Source of the DNA: Vicugna vicugna
Taxonomy: Eukaryota
Direction of reading: 5' to 3'
Length of the DNA stretch: 64,000 nucleotides
NCBI GenBank assembly: GCA_013265495.1
Contig: MU057576.1
Location: 220,982-284,981 of the forward strand
The notes under the pieces are model-generated. The model ran no database searches and was not told the DNA's origin. It saw only the letters and a program-made list of their open reading frames with translations. Position numbers and translations under genes: made by a program. Positions 1 to 13,500 of this stretch are shown piece by piece (positions within the stretch are counted from its first letter, which is position 1; the number at the start of each line of letters is the position of its first letter).

Positions 1-872
1 TCAAATAAAACAAGATGGACCAATGACTGGAAGGATGGCAGAGTGTGATAAAATAAATCTAGTAAAATACCAATGTGGAGTCTAGGTATTCTGTATGTGG
101 ATGTTCATCACGTAATTCTTTCAACTTTTTAAAACTGCTTGGTAGAAAAGAACAGGTAGGGGGCATTTTTCATATACATACCCCAGCTGACAACAAATTC
201 AGTGATCTTAGTAAGACATTCCTGAACTGTTCATAAACATTTCATTTTTATCTGTGCCAACCACGTTTCTTTGCATTGCATGGTCCACACGATCTGTGAA
301 GCACAGATGTTTCAAAATCAGCCCCGAGAGGGGTCAGCAGCTACCGACACTTCCTTCCTTCTCACAGAGAACTCAAGCCGTCATTTGGAGGTTCATTTCT
401 CTTGTGTGGAATAGAGGCCACCATCATAAATGAATGGCTGAAACTTGCTGAAGTCTTCCCCACATTATCTCCCAGGTCTTTGATTACCTGGGACCTGTAT
501 AAAAGAAAGCTGGAACCCGGTCCTCGCTCCAAGAGGCAGAGCCTCCAGCGACAGGGACGAACCCTGCTCCCTCTGCAAGAAAGGTACTGGGAGGTTCACC
601 AACCCTCTCTCAGTAAAATGGGAGCTGCTGCGCCTCTTGCTGTGGTGGCTGAACTTACAACACGTAAGAGGTTACACAAGTGATTCTCTCAATTCTCAGA
701 GAGCTAACCCTCTGATGTTTCCTCTTTTTACAAATCAGAAAATGGAGGACGAGGGCATAAATGAACTGCTCCAAAACACACAGCTTGAATTCAACCCTTT
801 TTTTCTCCCATTAACATTTTTCTATAAATAAAGAAGATTCACTTTGAATTTGCTACTGTCTTCACACCTAAA

Positions 873-2112
873 CTTTTTTTTAAATTGAAGTATAGTCATC
901 TTACAACATTGTGTTAATTTGTAATGCATAACATGTTTCAGTTATACATGTCTATCTGTATATTCCTTTTCAGATTATTTTCCATTATAGGTTATTACAA
1001 GATAGTGAATAGAGTCCTCTGTGCTCTACAGTAGGACCTTGTTGTTTATCAGCTTTGTATACAGTAGTTAGTATCTGCAAATCCCAAACTCCCAATTTAT
1101 CCCTCCACCCTCCCATTACCCACCAGTAACCATAAGTTTGTTTTCTCTGTCTGTGAGTCTATTTCTATTTGTAAATAAGTTCATTTGTGCCATTTTTTAG
1201 ATTCCACATATAAGTGATATGCAGTATTTTTCTTTCTCTTTCTGGCTTACTTTGCTTAGTATGACAATCTCTAGGTCCATCCATGTTGCTGCAAATGGCA
1301 TTATTTTATTCTTTTTATGGCTGAGTAGTATTCCATTGTGTGTGTGTGTGTGTGTGTGTACCACAACTTCTTTATCAGTCATCTGTCGATGGACACTTAG
1401 GTTGCTTCCATGTCTTGGCTATTATAAATAACACTGCTATGAATACTGGGATGTGTGTATCTTTTCAAATTAGAGTTTCCCCTGAATATATACTTAAACG
1501 TAAGACAAGACACTATAAATCTCCTAGAAGAAAACATAGGCAAAACATTCTATGACATAAATCTTAATATTCTCCTAGGGCAGTCTACCCAGGCAATAGA
1601 AATCAAAGCAAAAATTAACAAATGGGACCTAATTAAATATATAAGCTTTTGCACAGCCAAGGAAACCATAAACAAAACAAAAAGACAACCTACAGGACGG
1701 GAGAAAATATTTGCAACTGATGCAACAGACAAGAGATTAATTTCCAAAACAGACAAAACAGCTCATGCAACTCAATAGCAAAAAAACAAACAGCCCAATG
1801 TAAACACGGGCAGAAGGCCTAAACAAGCAATTCTCCAGTGAACACGTACAAATGGCCAATAAGCACATGAAAAGATGCTCAGTATCGTTGTCAATTATCA
1901 GAGAAATGCAAATCAAAACTACAATGAGGTGTCACCTCACACCAGTCAGAATGGCCATCATTTAAAAGTCCACGAACAATAAATGCTGGAGAGGGTGTGG
2001 AGAAAAGGGAGCCTTCCCAACACTGATGGTGGGAATGCAGTTTGGTGCAGCCATTATGGAAGACAGCATGGAGATTCCTTTAAAAACTAAAAATAGATTT
2101 ACCATGTGACGC
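873..2112. mobile_element. 5'-truncated L1 with twin-priming-type inversion (3' end on minus ~873-1490; ORF2-end segment on plus ~1490-2112)
   Basis: Poly(T) and L1 3'UTR/ORF2 C-terminus ([11 protein letters not shown]) on minus; LLEENIGKTF...KWDLIK on plus. Confidence 0.85.
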
Positions 2113-2522
2113 AACCCTTTTTAAACCTAGAACTCTGTCTGATCGTCACTTTTTACCACACGCTGTCCTGAAACCACCCCTCATTTCTGGCAAGAAGTAG
2201 CCAATTTTACAAATGCTTGTCTAGAAAAAAAACTGGGTGAGGAGCATTAAAGACAGTAGCTTTCAGACTGCAAGCTGAAAAAAAAATATGAGTCCGTTCT
2301 GACTAGAAACACTTTTAAAGGCTAGAAGGTAACAGAGCTGACTGTGTCACATTTAAGACCAAACATTGGTTCCTGAAATTTGTTTCAGTTGTGTATCAGT
2401 ATTTAGATGTATGTGTTTCTTGCTGTGGGGGCAGAAAAGTTAAGAGTCACTGATTAAGTCCCTCTGAATCAGAGGTTTCAATATGAGGTTTAATTTCCCA
2501 GATATGAAAAGTAATGCTGGAA

Positions 2523-2684
2523 GTGGGGGAGGGTGTAGCTTAAGTGGCAGAGTACATGCTTAGCATGCACGAGGTCCTGGGTTCAATCCCCAGTAACGCC
2601 TCTAAAAAAATAAATAAATAAGTAAAACCTAATTACCTGCCCTCCAAAAAAGAAAAAAAAAAAAACAATTTAATTAAAAAAAAA
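2523..2684 (+). mobile_element. tRNA-derived SINE (camelid Vic-1-like)
   Basis: A/B boxes (GGTTCAATCCCC), A-rich tail, 16-nt TSD AAAAGTAATGCTGGAA (2507-2522 / 2685-2700). Confidence 0.9.
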
Positions 2685-4463
2685 AAAAGTAATGCTGGAA
2701 AGGAACGGGAGAGCAAGAAGCACAGTCACCAGTAGCAGCAACAGTGCCCAGACTGTGGCCTCGGCCCCAAGCAGGTGCACGAGCCAAGCCTCACCAGCGG
2801 GCACGTGACCACATCCGAGGGGAAAGGCAGCTGTCCCTGCACACAGCTGCTCACTCTCAGCACCTTACCAGGTGCCAATAATAAAGGAGAATTTGCATTT
2901 TTGACACGCTTTATCTATTGAAGACTCACTGGTTCCCATGGCCACATTCCGTAATTCACAGCCCCAACTAACAAAATACAAGCCAGAAGGACCTGATGTT
3001 GACCACTTTTATCACGCTCCCTCATGTTCCCGTCTCCAGTTCCATTTCCTCTCTTTCCTTCCAGAAACAACCCCCTATCATTTATCCTGTGCTGATCTTC
3101 CAGTTTATATCCTAATAATTTTAGGATGCGTGCATGTCCATGAGCGATGGAACAGCATTACTGAGGGATTTTTTTTAATTTACATTCAACAACTACAAGG
3201 TACATGCCTTTTGCCATTTCTCACTCTAATGTTTTTCAGATGTACCCATATGTATACACAGTCATTTTCGTGCTGTATAGTATCCCATCACATGGACGGT
3301 CCCTAAACTGTCCCCAAGATACTGTCATTATAAGCAGCACTGCTGTGAACATTCTTGGCCACTTCTCCTCCAGTTCATATGGGGATGTGTGCAAGGTGTA
3401 GTCGGCAGTAGAATGGCTGAGTTATCACATACACGTAGTCGCAACTTAACTAGTTATTGCCAACCTCACATCCTAGGCTAACCACTGACAATAGTTCAAT
3501 ACAGGTCCTTGAGACTTAACACACCACATACACACATATACATGATTTTACAGAATACGAACATAGATGAAGCTATCTCATGCTTTGTGATGAGTTGCAG
3601 AGGACAGCTTTTTGCATTAATTGACCAATGACCAGTGACCGGTGTCCATCAGGACGTTAAGGATTTTTCCCTCATTACGGTAATTCAAGGAATTTTGTGC
3701 ATAAATACACTGACAGGCTAGTTCCAGGACATATGTAGAACCGACCGGGACTCCTGGACCCACCTCTTACTTTTACAAAAGTGAATGGCTGAGTCCCAGA
3801 GGGCTGGGTGAGGAGCTGGTCCACGGACCTCCCCCGGCAAGTGAGGAATAAAGGGGCCGGAGGCCACAATTCATAGTCTGGTCCCTGGCTCTCTAGAGGG
3901 CACTAGCTCTGCTTAAATGAGGAAAACATTCCGACACGCAGTGTTGCTTTTACACACCAGCAATATTCACACTGTAGAACCCAAGATGTTAAGAGGCACT
4001 CTGGGTATCACAAAAGTCAGGTAAAATCTCCCTGCTTCTGCGCGGAAAGCGAGATCAGACCCAGAGACTCAACGACCCCACAGTACAGCAACCAGGGCCA
4101 ATTCTCTGAGGAGAGGGAGGGCTCCACGCCTCCAGTCTCAGGAAGGCAATGAGAATAGAAAAAGTTGGCCCCACACCTAATTCTCCCCAGCAAACTGATT
4201 CACCGTGCCTATAGCACAGGCCAGGCATGCAACTCCAGCCTCGTTTCGAAAGCTTTCAACTGAGCACGCGCTGGGTGCCCTGGTGCTGAGTGGATGGGCT
4301 CGCAAGTGCACATCCGCACGTAACGTATCCGGTGTGATCTCTGACGCCTGACCTTTGGCATATATGAGTTTGAATCCTGACTCAGCTTCTCATTAGCTGT
4401 GTGACCTTAGGCAAGTTACGTGACCATCCAAGCTTCCAACTCCTCACCTAAAACAATACATAA

Positions 4464-4616
4464 GGTCTCTCTCTCTCTCTCTCCCCCCCTTGTCTTCTGA
4501 GACGGCTTGCATTCTGTCTGTGGAGCGTGTATCTACTTTACTTTAACCACCCCCCTACACCCCCAGCCCCATGTACATCTCTCTAAATAAATCTACTTTT
4601 ATTTAAAAAAAAAAAG
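4464..4616 (+). mobile_element. Short polyadenylated insert (LTR-like 3' piece) inside a MIR-like SINE
   Basis: AATAAA at 4586-4591 followed by an A tail; interrupts MIR-like sequence spanning ~4365-4700. Confidence 0.45.
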
Positions 4617-6410
4617 TAAAATTTGTACCTAGATTATAGGGTTTTGTGAAAAGTAATGTGTTACTATACAGAAGTGCTCAGAAAAGCCCTTAAGCCCATA
4701 ATGTATATTTAGGAAATATTCAGGGTGCTGACTTAGCGCTAGTGCCTGAAATAAAAACAAAGCCCCTGGCCTTAAGGAGCGAGTAAATTTATCAGAATGT
4801 CAAATAAAAACAATAAAAGCGGGTGTGGCTGCCAGGCGGAGGGAGGGGCAGGGAGAGTAAACGTGCCATTTGAGGGATACCCAAAAATTGGAGGGGGCCT
4901 CCCACCTCGAGGAGCTCTTTGAAGGGCTGAGACACACACTCAGAGGTCACACCCTCAGTGCTGGGTCCCAAGTCTTCAGCAAGTACCTACTGATTTCAGG
5001 AAAGGCACAAAGTCTTATTGGACAAACCAGGTCCCCAGAGGCTCTCAGGCGAGTAAGCCTCAAGGACACAGAGGTGATGGAAACGCTGAAGGCATGCGGT
5101 GCATGAACAAGCCCTGTCCCTTCCACACCCCTGTCCCCTGGGCTTCTCTGCAGCTGGTGCACCAGCGAGCTCCTTGGCGCTCCCCTCCCTCAGGTTCTCA
5201 GGCTCTGTGCTCCTGGGTCCTCCGCTGCCCTGCCGGCTGCCCCTTGGGCCCTTTCTTCTATATTAAGGTAGCTGTCCCACACCTCTCATCCCTCATGGCC
5301 CCCGTAGGTAACCTCATCTCTAAACAGGAGGCTCATTATGAGGACTAAATGAAACAAACTGTGTGAAAGGTTCCCTTCTCTGAGGATGCTGGCACCCCCC
5401 AGGCAGCTGGACGCAACGCCCCAGCATCACATTGGAATCCTCTCCGGTCCCTGCCCACTACACTCCACCAGGGCCGTGCCCGACGTGGGAACGGACACCC
5501 AGCCGCTCCTCAAACCAGCCGCCCATCGGCCACCCCTCCACTCTGCATACACTGCTCACGGTGCGCATCACTGAGACATTTCTGCCCATCACACCCCCTC
5601 AACACACCTCCCAGTGTTTCCTGAGGAAAGACTCAATGTTTGAGGCTGCACACAAGGCCTCTGGATGGAGCTCCAGCCCAGCTTCCAACTTCAGTCTCCA
5701 CCGTGAGCCTTTTCTCCAGCTTGATCAGATCGCTGGCTGGGCGGTGCACCGGGAAAGGCAGATTTCATCTCCCAGTAAGGGGTTAACAGAGCTTGACGGG
5801 CTCCTGCTGCACAGCTTCAGCGCCCTCAATACTCAACAGGCACCCAGGCTCTTCACGTGCCCCCAAGTTTATCTGGGTTCTTTTTTCCCATGGAGTTCAA
5901 GAAACGATCCAGGACCATGCGGACCCCGCTGTTTCTCCAGCAAGCCTGTGGCATGTGCCACTTAGGTGGGCCCAAGAGTGACCGCCATGGCCCAGGGCGG
6001 TGGCTGTCTCGGGCACGACTTAGGGTCATCGTTCATCATCATCTCTGTGTGTGATCTCAGTGAAGCTGTAAAATCCCAAACTGAGCCAAGCAGCCTTTCT
6101 CAGCACTCAGACGGGAGACAAATGGCTGACAGCAGCGCCCCGGGGCGGGGGTGGGGGGGCTGACAAAGATAGACTTCTCCCGTGATGGCCAGGGCTGCCT
6201 GCTTTCCCAGCCTGCCTCTCAAGCCTGTCCCACAGACCTCTGGTAAATTCTGTGTGCTTAAATTAGCCCAGGATGGCTTCCGAGGCTTGAAACCAAAGAA
6301 CCTTCACTAATAACTATATATATATATATATAGTTCTTTGGTTCCCTGAACAAAGTCCCCCAAACCTCCCCCAGCAACGGAGCACCCAGAGCCATCCTCG
6401 GGGGTGGTAC

Positions 6411-6573
6411 CTGTCCCATCTGGAGTTGACCTCACAAAGGTGGGTAGCATTTTTACTGAAGCCGTGGGGTGGGTGGTAGCTCCAAGCCCTTTCTCCATCT
6501 CCTTGCGGAACCGCTTAGAAATCTCCAGGAGGGTCTCATCAGAGAGCCGCATGTGGTAGAGGTACTGGTCAAC
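6411..6573 (-). CDS. HK2: Hexokinase 2 exon 2 ([54 protein letters not shown]), 163 nt
   Basis: Pyrimidine tract plus CAG acceptor (6576-6574); phase-0 join to exon 1; GT donor at 6410; hexokinase motif [13 protein letters not shown]. Confidence 0.98.
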
Positions 6574-6799
6574 CTGAAAGAGGGGGAAATGAGAGGAGTG
6601 TTTGTGTTAAATGAACTACGGCATGCGTCTATGTCAAGGACCATCACTTAGCTCTTCAAAAGAATAAAGCCTGGTATGTACAGAAGGTCCAGAAGGTTAA
6701 AGATCATTTAACCAGAATCTATGACAGGACTTTGTCCTTCAAAAAATTACAATAAAAAAATGACTAAAAATTAAAATTAGAAAATGGCTCATTTTTTAG

Positions 6800-6910
6800 T
6801 GGGGGAGGGTACAGCTTCGCATGCATGAGGTCTTGGGTTCAATCCCCAGTACCTCCATCAAATAAATAAACACACATACAGACCTAATTACCCTTCCCCA
6901 ACCCCTCCAA
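6800..6910 (+). mobile_element. tRNA-derived SINE with internal deletion
   Basis: B box GGTTCAATCCCC and family tail CCTAATTACC; part of the A-box region is missing. Confidence 0.8.
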
Positions 6911-7527
6911 AAGGCTCAATTTTATTTTTGGAGAGTGCTGAAGACTGGGGGAAAGGCGTATTAGGGAAAAGGGGGGCTGTCTTCAGAAAGGATGAGTTTA
7001 AATGTCTGTGACAACATCCCTGGAACTGGGGTGCACTACTGACCATCACCTCTGGTCCTCCCCAACACCTCATAAAGCCAGTCATGCCAGCCCTAGTCCC
7101 CCTCGGCCATTGCCTCTTGCCTGGACTTACACAACCCCGGATTTCCATCCCCAGACAGACTCCACTACTCCCCTAAAAGCTTTCAGTGATTTCCCATCAC
7201 AACCAAACCCCAAATCCTTCTGAGGCCCTATATTAGCTGGCCTCTCCCACTCTTGATCTTCCTGCGTGCCTCTGCACTCCTTGTGCAGACTCCATCCTGG
7301 GTTCAGTCCTCCGAAACTCACCCAACTGGCCTGTCCCTGCCAAGAAGACTGTTCACGCAGACCCACAGCTCCTGAGCCTGCTCTCCACCTGTGGGTCCCT
7401 TACCACCCCTTCAGGCCTCCCTCCCTGGAGGCCTTCTCTGATCCTCCCACTAAAACAATCAGGCCTCCCTGTTTCTCTGAAAACTCACGACGTTTTCCTT
7501 CACAACACCATCCTCAGTCGGAAAATA

Positions 7528-7530
7528 TAT

Positions 7531-7577
<47 letters not shown>

Positions 7578-7580
7578 TTA
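7528..7580. repeat. (TTTA)n microsatellite
   Basis: Seen directly. Confidence 0.95.
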
Positions 7581-10048
7581 ATGTCCAAGTCATTCAGCAT
7601 CAAGGGCAAGAACCGTGACCACTTGTTCAGCCGCGCATGCCTGGAGCCTGGCACAGTGCCTGACACACAGCAGAGGCTCTACATACTTGGTAAAGCAACC
7701 TCCCCCATCCTCAGAGGCTGGGGCAGCTCTCCTGAGTTACTTCGTTTCTCCTGTTTCCAACCTAAATTTACAGGAACTTCTCCCAGACATAACACCAGGA
7801 GGAGAAATATTAGGAGTCCCCTCAGACAGTGTGCTTCTTGAGAACTGTCATCTGCCTGGGCCATGGATATTCCCAGTTTCCTCCAGTCAGGAAGAGGTCG
7901 GGTAGAAATCCATCCAGGAGGCACGCAAGTTTCCACAGGATCTCTGTTCTCAGCAGCAGTGTCCGGGAAAGGTTAAGGCTGCTGGCCGCGGCAGGGGAGG
8001 AAGAGAATTAGGACCCTTGGGCCAGGTCACAGCTGTGCCCTCAAGGTATGAGGATCATGGTTCTCCCAGCCTGGTCGGCAAACTGGGGAACCAGAAGGGA
8101 CCCTGCCCTTCCCAGCTCCCAAACTCCAGGATCCCCAGGGCAAAGTGTGGCCATGACCACTCTTATTCCTGTGGGAAACACGAGTGAATGCCCACCTGTC
8201 CCTTGCCCAGCTCTGACCAAGGAGCAGAAACTTTAGCTTTCCCAGACAAACATTCTCATTCATATTAATAGCCTATTATATTTTCCAGCACTTTTTGACA
8301 GCTCTTCTTGGAATTTTTTTTAACCAAACTTGCAGCCTAGGATTTCCAGAGGAACGGCAAAAGGTGTTTCAGCCTTAAGAGAAGAACAAACCCATAGGCC
8401 TCCTTTGGTGGGGATGGGGAGAGAGAGAGAGGAGGGTCTCCTCACTCACACCTTCTCTCTTCCAGGCTATATCCTAACTGCCTGTGGAGTCTGGGGTCCA
8501 TCTCTCTCTTGGGGCTTGTTTCTGCCTCTGAGGAATTACGAGATTGGCCCTCCTTGGGTCATTTCAAATATCCTGACCAGTTCTAATCTTTCATCATTCT
8601 TCTGAGATCCACAAAGTTGGAAGATCAGAATCTAGAGCAAAAAGCTGAAAGCAGGGCCAAGGAGAGTCTGTGGTCAATCAGCCAGCCGTCCCCTGTGGGA
8701 AAGGACAGAGCAGGAGAGAAGTGCGAAGGCCGAAGGCCAATTCTCCACCCCCTTCCCAGCCAGCAGAGGGAGGGACCAGGCCTGTCCCGCAGGGTTGTAA
8801 ATTTGCAAAGATGAGAATTTCCCCAAACTCCCTCGTGGCCAGCATTTATTAAAGAGCTACCATAGACTCCACTGGTCTAAATCAGGAAGGATCCGACCAC
8901 CCATAGCTTTCTGATTTCAGGCTCCTGGCATCTCAGGTGCCTTGAGCCCACTGTCTGCCCCAGGCTCCCAGATCTGTGGGCACCAGCCCCCCACCCCCCA
9001 CCCCGCGCTGGGTCACACTACTGGGGAGTCAGGATGCTTCTGAGAGAACTGGTTTCCCCCACAATGACATAGGAGGCTCCCTAGGAAACGAAGGGGTGCA
9101 GCCTGAGACAAGTCCTCTCCCTATTGGTACAGTGAGAGACAAGCCTCAGCAGATTCTGGGCCCAGGGTAACTTTCATCACCCCAGGGGCCTCCTGCTCCA
9201 GATCCAACAACGCGTGGGCTGGACTGGGGACACTAGATTATGAATTACGCCATCTCACCGCACACATACAAATTCCCAGCCACCAGACCAGAGGCCAATG
9301 CCAAGCCCATGTCCAGGTACAGCCTGAGATGCCCTCATAGGCAGTAGCGATAACGGCAAACTTTTTAGCAAAATGTGTTCTCAAGGTTCCATATACTTCA
9401 TTAACTCTTTTAATCCTCCTAAGAGCCCTGTGAGGTAGGTAATGTCATCTCCTCCATTCTACCAAGAGGGGAAGGCAACGCGCCCCAAATACAAATGCAA
9501 ATGCAAAGATCACACAACACAAAAGGCCAAGCCAGGACCGGGCCAGGCAGCCCGGCTCCTCTGCGCTCCTGTGCACCCTGCTTAGATGAATGCCCTCCTC
9601 CTGTTGAACAGCAGGGCCCGTACAGGCCAAATGGCGCTGCACAGCACATTCAGGCAGGATGCATCCGTGAAAAGGCCATCTTCTAATCCAGTTATCCCAC
9701 CAGACAGACACGAGGGATGAACAGTGGAGGGCGTGGCCCGCGGGGCTGCCCCAGCAGGTCAGAGGGCAGCAAACGTATCTCTGGACATTCACCACTTGAC
9801 TCCTGACAAAGCTGGAGCTCCCACATTACTGTTTTCCCAAAGAGAGGAGAGGGCGGAAGCCTCGCTGCCATCTTCACCCTGCCTCCACAGACGGCTCCAG
9901 GTGTTGCAGAGGAAGCAAGAGAGAGTGCCTACGTGGGAAAGCACAGCCTGTGCTGCCCTGTTAAGAGGTTGCACTGTCACCTCCTGGAGTGTGAGATCAT
10001 GCTCAAAAAAGCAAAGGTGGAGTGGCCACAATTCTACAGCAGCCATTC

Positions 10049-10521
10049 CACTTTTCTTTTTTTTTTTTTTTTGGTTTGGTTTTTTTTTGTTTGTTTTTCC
10101 CTTTTTCAGTTTTATTAGGTAGAATTATTACAGTTTGACTGCACACACACATTATATTGCATGTAAATACATATATACAATACAATGCACTTCTTTTTTT
10201 AGTTTACATATGTGTACTGATCATTGCTTCTAAGAACAGATTTAGAGCTTTAGCTTTTTAAACTTACATAGTTATCAAGGGAATAAAGCCAACTACAAAA
10301 TAAGGATCAACAAAATGCGGGAATCCAATCATAAAGGACAGATGTGCTGACACATATTCAAGAAATCAATCATCTCAGTTGTAAATGGTAAGTAGTTCAT
10401 TGTATCCGTATTATTATTATTGTTACTATTTTTCAGTTTCCTCATATAAATAATGTCATACGGCATTTTTCTTTCTCTTTCCAGCCCACTTCACTTAGAA
10501 TGACAATCTTCAGGTCTACCA
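10049..10521 (-). mobile_element. Short L1 insertion: ORF2-end fragment joined to an atypical 3' tail with poly(A)
   Basis: L1-like ~10521-10390; AATAAA at 10116-10111; poly(A) ~10052-10100; GCCATTC repeated at both flanks. Confidence 0.7.
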
Positions 10522-13500
10522 CGGCCATTCTTAATTTAATTTTGATGTTTATGCCGCTACCAGGCTGGCTGGAAACCCAGCCAACACTGCTCACCCTTGA
10601 CCCTCGAAGAATCTAGCAAGTTAAACCGTCAGCCCTTCCTCAAGTCATGTTGCCCTTTGCCCAACAGATCACAACCATCTTTCAGTGTTCGGTGACAGAT
10701 GAAAATGATGATGGTGACCATTAAGGAGCCAGGAACCACCCTATAGGTTTACTGACTTGATTTCCACTGTTCTTTTGTAAAATTTCTACATCCCTGTCTT
10801 ACATGTCACTTGGTGGTAAGGTGAAGAGCCAAGGTTCAAAGCGTGTCTGGCTCTAAAGCCAGACCCTTGGGACCACTACCCTCCCCTGTCCTGGGGACCC
10901 TCTTAGAGCAGGCAGCCACTCTCTGCCCTGTAGCTTCTTGGATGACCTCAGGGATGGCCATCAGATGAGACTAAGAGAGAGGATATGGAACAGCTGTGAA
11001 AATGCAACACGTTGGCCCAAATTTCTCCTCTTTGGGCTGTGAGGATGTATCCACCCTGAGTTTATTAGGTCCATTCAGGAAGGGATGATTAATCACCTAA
11101 TGTTACAGCTTCCTAAACGCACCTCTGGAGGCCCACTCAGCCTTGGCCAGCACTGCTGGGTGAGGGGTGGCCAAGGAAAGCAGAAGTCAGAAACAGGAAG
11201 CAGCCTCCACATAAAGACCTTTTTCCTGGATGGGGAAGACAGCGAAATACACTTGGCAGAGTCTTGCCAACTTTCACCCACAGCACAGCCACAGGGAGAG
11301 AGCACAAGGCCCAAGGCCACAGGTCAATGTCATTTAGGAGACAGCAAATGTTACAGGGCCCAGGAGGACTACAACTGAAAAAATACTAACCCCTAGAGAG
11401 GCCCTCGAGTAATGAGAGCTCCCACGGAACCCAGACAGCATCTGTGTTAGTCTAGTTTGTCTCTCTCACCCCAACAGTCACAGGGCCCAGGTTTGAATGC
11501 TTCCAAGCATGACAGGCTCACTACTTCTCTCAGTTGGTAGCACCTGCTGTTGGCCAACCCTAGCTGTTACAAAGATTTTCCTTAATCTGAGATCAATCTA
11601 CTTTTGGGTAACTTCTGTCTAGTCTCCATTCTGCCACTTGGAATACGAGCTCCCAAACTTGGCTGCATGACACATTAAGAATTCCAGAGATCCTTTCCAG
11701 ACTAACCAAACTGACAGCTTTCGGTCTGTCTGTGTGTGCGCAAACACCTTCCCCTCTCCTCGGGCTGGTATCCACCATTCCAACAATGTGGCAATGATGG
11801 GCTGTGTTCTAATCAACACTGCCTAAGGGTCATTTGTACCACTTCCTGCCTGGGGTCTTTGAGTCATTAGTTAAGGTGTTAGGCTAAGTGTGGAATCATC
11901 CAGTATCGAGCCTGGGTGCTGGGATTTGGAAATAGAAACCCTATACTTGGTGGAAACAGATTTAAGTTGTTGGAAACTATCAAAGCAGAATCATTCAGGC
12001 CAACCCTTATTTCGTAGCCGGTTGTGGTGAAATAAAGGCTGTGGCATCAGAAGAATCAGTGTTCAAATCCTGGCTCTAGTATTTGTGCAGGTGTGTAAAA
12101 CTGGGCCTGTGTCAGTTTCCTCCCTGTAAAATGGGATGAATAACCCTCACAACAGAGTCACTGGCGTAAATGAGCTGACAGGGTGAAGCCCTCCATCTGC
12201 TTAACCCTCTCCTTCTGTTCCTTTTCCTCTTTTTCTCCTAGACTCCCCTCTGCCACGTGGCACCCTCAGAGGATCAGGGACATTTCTTAACCCTACTTAG
12301 TCACATTCAGGGTAAGCAAAACAGGGGCTCTTGCCCCAAATTGTTTCATCTCTTTCTGTGGTGGGCGTGTGGCCTACCACACGGGGCTGCTTCCCTTTAA
12401 ATCTCTGTCAGGAAGAAAGAAGGAAAGGAGGGGGCATTCCAGAGGCAAAGCCTGAGTGAGGTAAGGGACGGCCACTTGCCTGCCTGGAGGCAAGGGTGTG
12501 AGAAAGAGACAGTAGTTTTGACACATCTGTTGAGCAATCTTGAGATTAGAACTTCCTCATTAGACAATTCTTATCAGTTTCTTTCTTCCCATAACACACA
12601 GGTCCGACATCCTGCCTCCTCTACAGAATGTTCTAAAGAGAAATTAACCCCAGACTCTTTATGAAATAACACCCCAGATGGAAAGCCCATCTCCTTCTTA
12701 AGTGCCCACATTTTCCTCCAGACCAGCACTAAAAAGAGGAAAAACTGTGTCACAGCAACGATACAAAGAAGGAAGCGAGGAGAAGAGCCTCTGCTTCAAA
12801 GTGTGCAGTGACCCAGGTGTGGCAGACACAGCCCCAGCCAGGTATGAGGAAGGCCAGAAAGGGAAGGCCTGGAGGTGAGAGCCAGAAAGAGGTCACAGAG
12901 AAACTGAGGTCAAGGCAGCACACCCTTGACCAAGGTCACATAGTTGAGACCAGAATCTGGATCACCCAGACATCTTACTCCATTGTCAGAACAGCAAATG
13001 ACAGTCCTGCGCCCAAGCCTCCCCGAGGGCCTGTGTCAATTTGCAGGCCAGTTTCAGCTGAACGGCTAGCGGCCACTTCCTGGATGCTGAGGCCACCCTA
13101 TCAGGCCCCAGTGGGAAAATGGTCCTGATCGAATGATTTACATCCAGAAAAGAGCAATATTCCAACTTTGACAGTTTGTTAGGTAAAGTGTTAGCAATTC
13201 CTACTCTGAATACCTGAAGAGGTCTCAAAAGAAAGCAGAGAAGAAACCTTAAATCTCAACATCTAAAGCTGTAAGATTTCGAACATTCAGCTCCTGAACC
13301 CCTGACCACGGCTGTGACCCCAGCTTCTCTCATTTTATAGCCTTTGCTGAAAACCAATTGTACACAAAGTGCTAGAGTGTACAGGAACATAATTTAAAAA
13401 GAAAGGAATTCTGGAGGTGGATAGCAGTGACGCTGGCACAACAGTCTGAATATACTTAATGCCATGAATTGTACACTTTGAAAATATATACAGTTGACCC

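Noticed and set aside
2523..2600. Apparent tRNA gene (and similar at 15783, 19120, 28175, 48060, 58400)
   Set aside because: SINE heads with A-rich tails and TSDs, not functional tRNAs
1..6410. Search for HK2 exon 3 (EHGEFLALDLGGTNFRV)
   Set aside because: Not found; intron 2 continues beyond the window edge
6307..6552. 81-aa [12 protein letters not shown]...
   Set aside because: Internal Met of HK2 exon 2 running into intron 2
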